From: Candidatus Thalassarchaeaceae archaeon
GTDB lineage: Archaea > Thermoplasmatota > Poseidoniia > Poseidoniales > Thalassarchaeaceae
DNA length: 24,944 bases
Direction of reading: 5' to 3'
Assembly (NCBI GenBank): GCA_030747675.1
Contig: JASLKH010000043.1
Location: forward strand, 1-24,944
Part shown: piece by piece, positions 1 to 7,427 of the stretch
How positions within the stretch are numbered: position 1 is the stretch's first letter
Layout: the number at the start of each line of letters is the position of its first letter
Made by a program: the position numbers and the translations under genes
The notes under the pieces: generated by a model
The model's input: only the letters and a program-made list of their open reading frames with translations
What the model was told of the DNA's origin: nothing
Database searches by the model: none

Positions 1-211
1 TTCCAGCGCCACCATATTCTTCTGGTACTGTTATCCCCAAAAGCCCATATTCACCTAAATTTCTGAATAAATCGATATTGAATTTCTCATCTCTGTCATA
101 CTCAAGAGCTTGGGGTTCAACTTCCGCTCGCACAAAGTCACGAATCATCTCACGAATCATGGCATGTTCCTCTGTAGGATTTGCAATGTCCAGTGTTCGC
201 CAGCCTTCCAT
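1..211 (-). CDS. Acyl-CoA dehydrogenase, N-terminal part only (runs off the window start)
   Basis: Manual minus-strand translation from ATG 211: MEGWRTLDIANPTEEHAMIREMIRDFVRAEVEPQALEYDRDEKFNIDLFRNLGEYGLLGITVPEEYGGAG. This is the typical ACAD N-terminal helical domain with the GLLGITVPEEYGG motif. TTCAT lies 25 nt upstream. Confidence 0.9.
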   Translation of the reverse strand, partial: MEGWRTLDIANPTEEHAMIREMIRDFVRAEVEPQALEYDRDEKFNIDLFRNLGEYGLLGITVPEEYGGAG

Positions 212-277
212 GGACTTGCCCACTAGAGTCATACGCATGAATGTTCTCTGAATATCCACTCATCTGAAAGGAGAAAG

Positions 278-350
278 TGCTCGTACCGGAATTCGAATCC
301 GGGTCGATGGATTGAGAGTCCACCATGATGGGCCGCTACACCATACGAGC
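278..350 (-). tRNA. trnE: tRNA-Glu (anticodon CUC)
   Basis: Reverse complement GCTCGTATGGTGTAGCGGCCCATCATGGTGGACTCTCAATCCATCGACCCGGATTCGAATTCCGGTACGAGCA. Acceptor stem GCTCGTA/TACGAGC; anticodon arm GTGGA-CT-CTC-AA-TCCAT; T-arm CCGGA-TTCGAAT-TCCGG. CCA is not encoded. Confidence 0.95.
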
Positions 351-415
351 GTGTATTTGGGCGACCTAGGGCCGGTATATCAACGGAACGCACACCAAGA
401 TGCTAGGTTGGAATC

Positions 416-431
416 AGTTTCAGATGAAACT
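416..431. promoter_or_regulatory. Perfect 7-bp inverted repeat AGTTTCA-GA-TGAAACT, candidate operator
   Basis: Seen directly in the intergenic region between the divergent tRNA-Glu and the small-ORF/wHTH unit. A further half-site AGTTTCA is at 472-478 and a palindrome TCATATATGA at 457-466. Function is inferred only. Confidence 0.3.
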
Positions 432-528
432 AAATGTGAAAAACAGGGGACTGCGCTCATATATGACTTTCAGTTTCAGTTACTCTCACATGTGGTTCTT
501 CATAGGCACCCCCACACTGGAACCATTC

Positions 529-726
529 ATGCAACGCAAAGAATCGATGCAAAAAAATGAGACGACCAAATTCGCCAGCTTAGTAGCTACTCGAAAACCA
601 CGTCGTATGCGAGACGGGGCCTTGGTCCACGCAAGTGGAAATGCAAGCAATGGTACATGGAAACCATTGGCCCGCCAGCAAATATGGAACCATCTACAAC
701 AAAGAAGTCGTGAGGCGATGGCATGA
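529..726 (+). CDS. Small basic hypothetical protein (65 aa; start moved from 400 to 529)
   Basis: MQRKESMQKNETTKFASLVATRKPRRMRDGALVHASGNASNGTWKPLARQQIWNHLQQRSREAMA. TTCAT (499-503) lies 25 nt before ATG 529, and there is an ATGA overlap with the next gene. Confidence 0.6.
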   Translation: MQRKESMQKNETTKFASLVATRKPRRMRDGALVHASGNASNGTWKPLARQQIWNHLQQRSREAMA

Positions 727-998
727 GTCGAACAAAGAGACTTCGTAAAGCAGTGCATACCTTCTTACAAAAAGAAGGTAAAGCCAATACAGTTGAAGTG
801 TTTGATTATCTGAATGAACGATTTAGTTGGGGTGCAACAATGAATCAAGTTGGAAACATTTTATCTAAAGATCGACGATTTTCAAAAATCGGCACTGTTA
901 GGGGCCTATTTCGTGGGGCTCGTTACAGTGTTTGCGTTTGGACACTCACTGACAAAAATCGTGGATTTGATGATGCACCTGTCGGTGCAACAGCGTAG
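723..998 (+). CDS. DUF3860-like winged-helix putative nucleic-acid-binding protein (91 aa)
   Basis: Pattern RLRKAVHTFL...NTVEVFDYLN...GATMNQVGNILSKD..F.KIG...Y.VCVW matches my recollection of the marine-metagenome wHTH family DUF3860. Translationally coupled to the upstream ORF. Confidence 0.7.
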   Translation: MSRTKRLRKAVHTFLQKEGKANTVEVFDYLNERFSWGATMNQVGNILSKDRRFSKIGTVRGLFRGARYSVCVWTLTDKNRGFDDAPVGATA

Positions 999-1031
999 GC
1001 ATCAAAAAGTGTCAGTGCTGCCAAGGGGTCA

Positions 1032-1922
1032 ATGAATGGAGCATACTGGCGGCTAATCCGAGGTGGGAACACTCTCGTAGGTGCTTCTACTGTAATTGTC
1101 GGTGCACTATTGGTTCGCACCGAACTGAGCATAGTTGAAATTATTTTGATTCTAATGCATGCCTTTTGTGTTGCGTTTTTCATGGCTGCATGGAATGCAT
1201 TCAACGACATACAAGATGCTGGAATTGATGCAATAAATCACCCAGAAAGACCAATCCCAAATGGTGACTTGACAGAAATCCAGGCTAAAGCAATGGGCCG
1301 AGCGATGTTTCTACTTTCTATCATCACTTTACTCGGCGCAATGACTACAGCTGCCCTTAAGACAACTTACATTGTAGACTGGCTACCCAGTATAGGGATT
1401 TGGTTCATCGCATTTTTACTAATGTTCCACTATGAAATGGTTATCCCTGCCTCATTTATGCTCAAGCACAAAGGACTTGCTGGAAATATCGCTGTTTCGG
1501 CCTTAGTTGGAATCGTGATAGTATTCGGTGCAGCAGCAATCGGGTCATGGAATAACCCACTTGTTTGGATGGTGGCAACTGTTGCTATGTTAGTTAATTC
1601 GGCTCGAGAAATTATCAAGGATATAGAAGACGAAGAGGGCGACTCTGATAGAGAAACATTACCAAAAAAAATTGGACCTGAAATGTCAAGAAGTATTGCT
1701 CAATTATTAGTTGTGATCTCTCTAATCCCCTTGGTGGCACCCTATGCCAGAGGATATCTAGAACAAGGACTGATTATTCTCCAAATTCCAGCGATTTTAA
1801 CATTGATTTCAGTCAAGCCTAAACTCTATAGAGGAGAAGACCATAGTTCACAAAGGTCTCTTCGAGTTGCAATGATTTTAGGAGTATCAGGGTTCCTGAT
1901 AAGTGCTATTATTGGACATTAA
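1032..1922 (+). CDS. Digeranylgeranylglyceryl phosphate synthase (DGGGPS, UbiA prenyltransferase family)
   Basis: Multi-TM protein with both Asp-rich motifs: NAFNDIQDAGIDAINHPERPIPNG and REIIKDIEDEEGD. GGGGT RBS upstream. Confidence 0.9.
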   Translation: MNGAYWRLIRGGNTLVGASTVIVGALLVRTELSIVEIILILMHAFCVAFFMAAWNAFNDIQDAGIDAINHPERPIPNGDLTEIQAKAMGRAMFLLSIITLLGAMTTAALKTTYIVDWLPSIGIWFIAFLLMFHYEMVIPASFMLKHKGLAGNIAVSALVGIVIVFGAAAIGSWNNPLVWMVATVAMLVNSAREIIKDIEDEEGDSDRETLPKKIGPEMSRSIAQLLVVISLIPLVAPYARGYLEQGLIILQIPAILTLISVKPKLYRGEDHSSQRSLRVAMILGVSGFLISAIIGH

Positions 1923-2875
1923 TACAAGTCCAAATAGGCATCAAAAGCAGCAGGATTACAAAGGTATACCAATAATCCAATTTGTGCCCACATCCTGTTT
2001 TCAGCCTGATCAAATACGACACTGTTTTCACTATCCATTACACCGTCAGTAACTTCGTCACCTCGGTGCGCCGGAAGGCAATGCATGAATACATAATCAT
2101 CACGTGCAAAGGAAACTAAATCTTCGTTCACTTGAAACCCTTCGAAAGCTTTGATTTTGTCCTTCAAGTGATCTTCGCCCATGCTGATGAAAACATCAGT
2201 GTATATCGCCGAAGCGCCAGATACCGCCTCAATTGGATTATTAGTTTCAGTGAGTTTTGACCCTGACTTCTTAGCTAATTCTTCTGCTCGCTTGACGATG
2301 TCAGCATCGGGTTCATATCCAGCCGGAACTGCCCATGTGCAATCTACACCAAGAATCGCACATGCTAGCATCAAATCGTGAAGTACATTGTTCCCATCAC
2401 CAACCCATGCCATTTTTTCACCCTCAAGTGACGGGTTTCGCTCCAATATCGTCATTAAATCCGCAGCAGCCTGACAAGGGTGATGTTTGGCAGAAAGAGC
2501 GTTGATTACAGGAACTGTCGAATTATTGGCGAGTTCCTCCACCATTTCATGCCCAAAGCAACGATACGTAATTCCATCCAAGAAACGCGATAGTACTGCA
2601 GCTGTATCTGAAATTGTTTCAGATTTACCCATTTGAATATCATTTTTCAATAGTGTCAATGGTTGACCTCCCAGTTTGTGAATACCAACTTCAAATGACA
2701 CCCTTGTTCGTGTACTGGGCTTTTCATAAATACAGCCGATGCTCATTTCATCGAGCGGTTTGAAATCGTAATCAGGTTCAGGATCTTGTTTGTAGCGAAT
2801 TGCCCATTCTAGAATACCTCTGAAATCATCAGCAATATCATCAATTGCCAGCAAATTTTTCACTTCATCCGCCAT
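1919..2875 (-). CDS. argF: Ornithine carbamoyltransferase
   Basis: Motifs KPSTRTRVSFE, HPCQ, DVFISMG and HCLP. ATG 2875 preferred; GTG 2884 is an alternative start. Confidence 0.95.
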   Translation of the reverse strand: MADEVKNLLAIDDIADDFRGILEWAIRYKQDPEPDYDFKPLDEMSIGCIYEKPSTRTRVSFEVGIHKLGGQPLTLLKNDIQMGKSETISDTAAVLSRFLDGITYRCFGHEMVEELANNSTVPVINALSAKHHPCQAAADLMTILERNPSLEGEKMAWVGDGNNVLHDLMLACAILGVDCTWAVPAGYEPDADIVKRAEELAKKSGSKLTETNNPIEAVSGASAIYTDVFISMGEDHLKDKIKAFEGFQVNEDLVSFARDDYVFMHCLPAHRGDEVTDGVMDSENSVVFDQAENRMWAQIGLLVYLCNPAAFDAYLDLY

Positions 2876-2884
2876 GTAAACCAC

Positions 2885-3703
2885 TCAATTCCGTTCGTCT
2901 TCTATATCAGAAGCGAATCCATCGCGTGTATCGGCCATCCCCCCGAAAATATTCTGGGCGAAAGAGAGAATATCCGCTAACCCTTCTTCGTGCTCGCTAG
3001 AAAGTGGAATTAAGCCTGGTTGAATCTGGGCATTTTGCATCATTCTCAATTGGCCTATAGCAAACTCAGTTCGTTGACCTCCTGCTTCCTCGAAAAGCGC
3101 ACTTTCAAGCATTGCTAAATCCTCACCCCAGCCCAAAACACGTTCCAAATCTTCAGGCGGTAATAAATCGGCTTTTGAGAGGAAGTTTGCAGTTGGCAAA
3201 CCTAGCCGAAAGTGGACGATGTTTGACAATAGCATTTGGGATACAAATCCTGACGGGGTCTGACTCAACATTGGATCGAATAAGAAAATTAGGGCCGCTT
3301 GGCCCTTACCCAAAACTTCGACCAAATGTGTGCTAGCCTCTCTAAATGCAAAAAGTTCAACCTGCCCAGGTGTATCAACGACTAGCAAATCTCCTGCAAG
3401 TCCTTCCAATTCCTCCTGGATATCAAATGATTGAGCTGCGACCAAATCTGCAGCCAATATTTGGGCACCATTCGGGCCCAAATCATATTCATCCATCACT
3501 TCGTGTAAAGAGATGAGATCACGTACATCGAACTCTGGGTCGTAATGCACTCTTTCCGCCCCAGGGTCGAGATTGATTGTGAGGGCTTCTACTTCTAAAA
3601 AACGAGACCAGCGCTGAAACGCGGTTACCAAAGTGCTCTTTCCCGCACCTGCTGTTCCGACTACGAATAATACTGGAGGGCTGCTACTATCACTGACTGT
3701 CAC
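2885..3703 (-). CDS. GPN-loop GTPase (archaeal GPN family)
   Basis: P-loop GTAGAGKST, NLDPG, signature LGPNG, DTPGQVELF and G4-like LSKAD. TTGAA lies 25 nt before the GTG start. Confidence 0.93.
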   Translation of the reverse strand: MTVSDSSSPPVLFVVGTAGAGKSTLVTAFQRWSRFLEVEALTINLDPGAERVHYDPEFDVRDLISLHEVMDEYDLGPNGAQILAADLVAAQSFDIQEELEGLAGDLLVVDTPGQVELFAFREASTHLVEVLGKGQAALIFLFDPMLSQTPSGFVSQMLLSNIVHFRLGLPTANFLSKADLLPPEDLERVLGWGEDLAMLESALFEEAGGQRTEFAIGQLRMMQNAQIQPGLIPLSSEHEEGLADILSFAQNIFGGMADTRDGFASDIEDERN

Positions 3704-3801
3704 AATTCACAGCCATAGAACTTGGTTCTTCAACCCTCCGACGTAGAATAATCAGATAGTTAGCCATTCACGGTCCATAGGACCGCTAGAGTTTGTGTGG
3801 C

Positions 3802-3813
3802 AATGGTTATACC
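3802..3813 (+). promoter_or_regulatory. Candidate BRE/TATA element AATGGTTATACC; SD GGAGG at 3850-3854
   Basis: TTATA at 3807-3811. GGAGG lies 7 nt before ATG 3862. The identical 12-mer occurs on the minus strand at 10033-10044. Confidence 0.5.
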
Positions 3814-3861
3814 GCTTTCATTACTGTCATCAAGATACCGATGCCCAGTGGAGGCCTTACT

Positions 3862-6573
3862 ATGAATGATGAAAATGATGATGGAAGTTTACCACTACCC
3901 CCGCCCGGAATGCCACCTATGCCACCCACGCCACCAGGAATGGACGAGGCGCCACCTGCACCGCCCGGCCTAGATATGGCCCCACCTGCTCCACCTGGAA
4001 TGGACGAGGCACCACTCGCACCGCCGGCTCCACCTGGAATGGACGAGGCACCACCTGCACCTCCGGCTCCACCTGGAATGGACGAGGCACCACTTGCACC
4101 GCCGGCTCCACCAGGAATGGACGAGGCACCACCTGCACCTCCTGAAATGGATGACTTAGGTGATCCGATGGATTTGCTAGCAGAAATGACCCCTACAGAA
4201 TCCGACGCCGATGAATCTGAAGATGGTGTTGAAAATGTAGAAATTGAAGATAATGACTCTTCTTTGGAACTAATAATGCCAGTTGATGACTCTGAAGAAG
4301 AACCAGTTGTTGAAGAAGTAACACCTTCTCCTGAAATCGCAGCACCTTTACTGGAAGGAACAAGAGTACGGGCGTATTCTGAAGTCGACACAATCCATGG
4401 TGACAAATTAGTTGCCACACTTTCAGAAGTTGAAAATTCAACCCTTGACCCATCCGGGAATGTCGTCAAGCAAGAGGTAAATGGTGTCCTAAAATTACAC
4501 AACCCAAGTGGAAAGGACCGCCTATGGGATATCGAAGTAGAACTCTATTCTGCGGATTATTCCGATATTAGTGCAGACTTACCTTTCGCAGAACTAGAGG
4601 CTGATTCTGACCAAAGTGTTGAATATTCAGTTGAAGGCCCACGAATGCTTTGTTTAATGGAACGTATAGATACTAACCCATCTCGAAATCAAGAGCGTAG
4701 TCTTTCGGTTGTAAGAGATAGTGAAGCGCAAGACATTCATCTTGAAATTGAGGTTCAAAATGTAGGCCCCGTGACTCTAAACAATATTGCCGTGACTCGT
4801 ACATTCCCTGTTGAAATTCAAGTCGGAGAAAGTGAGGATTATGATAAACAAGGCGACACATTGACATGGAATGTTGGCCGATTAGGATCCGGTGAAAGCC
4901 GTACACTAAATGTACCAACTGCTGTCACTGCTGAAGCCATTGATTCCATTAACGCAGGTTCAGCTAATGCAACTTATTCTGCTGAAGCTACATTGTCAGG
5001 AATGGGTGTTCAAGGAATTGATGCCTTATGCCGAGGATTTTCTTACATGGTGGTTGATGAAGATGAACGCCCTGACAATTATCGATGTCAAGCTGTTTTT
5101 GAAAATAGGTCTTCATTCGCGGTTGATTTGACTAACCTTCTTGTTCAGCAAACAGGGGCAGATGAACCCTTGTTCGCCGTAGAGGATGTGCCAGATGATG
5201 TTCTACCAGATGGACGTTGGGAAAGTGATGTAAAAGTTGTTCATTCAACAGACAAACCTACTTTTAGTCAAGAATTACTTTACTCTGTAATACCAAGAGT
5301 TAGTTTAGCCACAGAAGGAAGTATTGACCTTAACTCGCATGTTATTGAAGTCCTAGAGGCAGAAATCTCGAAAAGTTACTCCATAGATGTTCTGCGGCAT
5401 TATCGTGAAACAGAATTAATGGCAACAATGGAAATTTCAAATACAGGATCGGCAACAATTAATTTACTAAGAATTACTGATGATGTCCCAGGTATTTTCA
5501 CTGCACCTACTGCTGATTCAGTTAAAGCCAGTATCGATGGAAATGAACTTGTGCGGGACCAATTCAGAATTGAAATGAAAGATGGTATTTCACTAGAAGA
5601 AAATCGAGTATCACCCGACGGCCCTGGGAATACAATGCTAATCACTGTTGGCACAAAGGGCCCAATTGGTTTGGCACCAGGTCGTAAAATGACAATCTCA
5701 TATCCGCTAGTCGCTCCAGACCCCAGCCCTGCAAACGATGTGGTCGCTGCACCTGCAAGAATTGATTTCAGTGCTGAACGATTTGGACCTGTTGCAACAA
5801 GAGGTTTGAATGTCGTACCGGCAGTCAGAGTTACCCACAGGAAAGTCAATTATGACTCTGGTAAGGAAGTGTTCCCAGCAGGTGGCGCAGGACGCTATGA
5901 AGCCATGATTATGTTCAACAACCGCGCAGACTCCGCTTTGCAAGATGTTGTCATTCACGACGTTATACCTGGCGCTTTTGAGTTGACAGAGTGGAATGTT
6001 GTATCATCCACAGGCTCAAAAATAAAAGCCAAGATGACTGAATCAAAGCACAAAGATGGCAAGAAAATGTCATGGAAAATTGGAACTGTTTCACAGGGTG
6101 AAAGAATAGAAGTTTGTTATGAATTCAAAGGTGATCCTGAAACCGGTTTCAAAGTTAGCGATGCGCAAGAAGTGCATGGAATCGATGTCGGTGCCGAAGT
6201 TGAAGAAAAATTACCACCACTTGAGGATATAGTAACTGAAGAAGAAGCTGTTGAAGAAGAAGCTGCTGAAGAAGAGGCTGTGGAAGAAGAAGCTGCTGAA
6301 GAAGAGGCTGTGGAAGAAGAGGCTGCTGAAGAAGAGGCTGTGGAAGAAGAAGCTGCTGAAGAAGAGGCTGTGGAAGAAGAAGCTGCTGAAGAAGAAGCAG
6401 AAGGAGAAGATGCACTCATGAATGATGCACTTGCAAAGATCACCGGGGCTACAGAATCTAGTGATTCTGGAAATCAAGTCGGGAGCAATGATTCATGGGG
6501 GTGCCCAATCTGCGAACACCAAAACGCTGCCGGAATAACAGAGTGTACTATTTGTAAATTCACCAATGCTTGA
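3862..6573 (+). CDS. Large cytosolic multidomain protein (903 aa): Pro/acidic repeats, mu-homology-like domain, DUF11/Ig-like modules, acidic repeats, RanBP2-type Zn finger
   Basis: Long ORF with no signal peptide or TM segment. Start moved from 3793 to ATG 3862 because of the SD GGAGG. Ig-like modules carry [VI]xNxG...xxDxxP...W motifs. C-terminus is WGCPICEHQNAAGITECTIC. The CDS itself is certain; the domain calls are by eye. Confidence 0.85.
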   Translation: MNDENDDGSLPLPPPGMPPMPPTPPGMDEAPPAPPGLDMAPPAPPGMDEAPLAPPAPPGMDEAPPAPPAPPGMDEAPLAPPAPPGMDEAPPAPPEMDDLGDPMDLLAEMTPTESDADESEDGVENVEIEDNDSSLELIMPVDDSEEEPVVEEVTPSPEIAAPLLEGTRVRAYSEVDTIHGDKLVATLSEVENSTLDPSGNVVKQEVNGVLKLHNPSGKDRLWDIEVELYSADYSDISADLPFAELEADSDQSVEYSVEGPRMLCLMERIDTNPSRNQERSLSVVRDSEAQDIHLEIEVQNVGPVTLNNIAVTRTFPVEIQVGESEDYDKQGDTLTWNVGRLGSGESRTLNVPTAVTAEAIDSINAGSANATYSAEATLSGMGVQGIDALCRGFSYMVVDEDERPDNYRCQAVFENRSSFAVDLTNLLVQQTGADEPLFAVEDVPDDVLPDGRWESDVKVVHSTDKPTFSQELLYSVIPRVSLATEGSIDLNSHVIEVLEAEISKSYSIDVLRHYRETELMATMEISNTGSATINLLRITDDVPGIFTAPTADSVKASIDGNELVRDQFRIEMKDGISLEENRVSPDGPGNTMLITVGTKGPIGLAPGRKMTISYPLVAPDPSPANDVVAAPARIDFSAERFGPVATRGLNVVPAVRVTHRKVNYDSGKEVFPAGGAGRYEAMIMFNNRADSALQDVVIHDVIPGAFELTEWNVVSSTGSKIKAKMTESKHKDGKKMSWKIGTVSQGERIEVCYEFKGDPETGFKVSDAQEVHGIDVGAEVEEKLPPLEDIVTEEEAVEEEAAEEEAVEEEAAEEEAVEEEAAEEEAVEEEAAEEEAVEEEAAEEEAEGEDALMNDALAKITGATESSDSGNQVGSNDSWGCPICEHQNAAGITECTICKFTNA
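3931..4152 (+). repeat. Coding tandem repeat, 39-bp unit (APPGMDEAP[L/P]APP) x4 at 3988-4143 plus degenerate flanking copies
   Basis: Near-identical units such as gctccacctggaatggacgaggcaccactcgcaccgccg are visible in the DNA. Confidence 0.9.
6238..6399 (+). repeat. Coding tandem repeat, 30-bp unit (EEEAVEEEAA) x5 plus a partial unit
   Basis: The unit gaagaagaggctgtggaagaagaagctgct repeats with minor synonymous changes. Confidence 0.92.
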
Positions 6574-6576
6574 TTG

Positions 6577-7347
6577 TCAAAAGTCTAGTATGTCGTCAGG
6601 TATTTCGACTTCATTAGATCCATCTTTGGAATGCGATTTACCCCTCACCATACTCAAGTCTATAGATTTGGATTTGGTCTCTTCGACACCTAATAATTCT
6701 GAGAAATCAGAAATACTTGGTGTGCTGGTATCATCTAATTGGATCCCAGCCATCGACTCCACGGAATCGGACCCAAAATTGGCACTCACAAGTTTAGAAC
6801 CAGTTCGCACATCGGAACCACGGTTGGATTCGTCTGCACCGAAAGAGGCCGTGTCGAACTGATCTAATTCAGGTACAGAAGTACCTATTATCGGTGAACA
6901 CTCAAGCAGAAAATTATGCAGGATTTTGCTGCTTCTCCCATTCTGAATGAATGATTGTAAAGCCTGACTCCAAGCATCTTCCTTTCTCCCACGTGCCCAA
7001 ATGGCCTTGCATAAACCAACAGTAGCAACATCATTTGGTGCGCCTACTGCCAATGCTCGACCCCAAAGCGCCTCTGCAAGTCTATTCTTCCCCAAATCCT
7101 GAGCCAGTTCTGCAGATGATTGGGCGGCATCAGACCTTTGTGGGTGGTTTTTCAACACACTCCTGAAAACCTTCAGGGCTTTTTTATTACGGCCAAGTTT
7201 CCGTAACACCCGCCCATGCCTCATTTTGAATTCTGGCTCCCTTTTCCACCTCTTACTTGCAGATTTAAGAGTTGATTCAGCCAAAATAAGGTCTCCCTCT
7301 GTTTCCGCAGCATGCGCGATACGAAGGGCATCCTCAGGCGATTCCAT
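6577..7347 (-). CDS. Tetratricopeptide-repeat protein with acidic disordered C-terminus (256 aa; start moved to 7347)
   Basis: Helical repeats with a TPR pattern (KMRHGRVLRKLGRNKKALKVFRSVLKNHP; SSAELAQDLGKNRLAEALWGRALAVGA; GLCKAIWARGRKEDA). TTCAA lies 23 nt before ATG 7347. Confidence 0.75.
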   Translation of the reverse strand: MESPEDALRIAHAAETEGDLILAESTLKSASKRWKREPEFKMRHGRVLRKLGRNKKALKVFRSVLKNHPQRSDAAQSSAELAQDLGKNRLAEALWGRALAVGAPNDVATVGLCKAIWARGRKEDAWSQALQSFIQNGRSSKILHNFLLECSPIIGTSVPELDQFDTASFGADESNRGSDVRTGSKLVSANFGSDSVESMAGIQLDDTSTPSISDFSELLGVEETKSKSIDLSMVRGKSHSKDGSNEVEIPDDILDF

Positions 7348-7427
7348 GTCCGACCATCGACCACTATGAATTGAATCCTTCGCATCAGAGTATTGCATTG
7401 AATCTCAAGTTACAACCCGAAGGGTTG

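Noticed and set aside
312-560. 82-aa plus-strand ORF and the other short track ORFs nested in larger genes
   Set aside because: This one overlaps tRNA-Glu, the others overlap well-supported CDS, and none shows recognisable motifs.
3807-4502. 231-aa Gly/Ser-rich minus-strand ORF, plus 3917-4138, 6117-6443, 6155-6415 and 6211-6477
   Set aside because: Antisense shadows of the Pro-rich and Glu/Ala repeats of the 903-aa gene.
3931-6399. Regular repeats as a possible CRISPR array
   Set aside because: The units are contiguous with no unique spacers, are multiples of 3, lie in frame in a CDS, and no cas genes are present.
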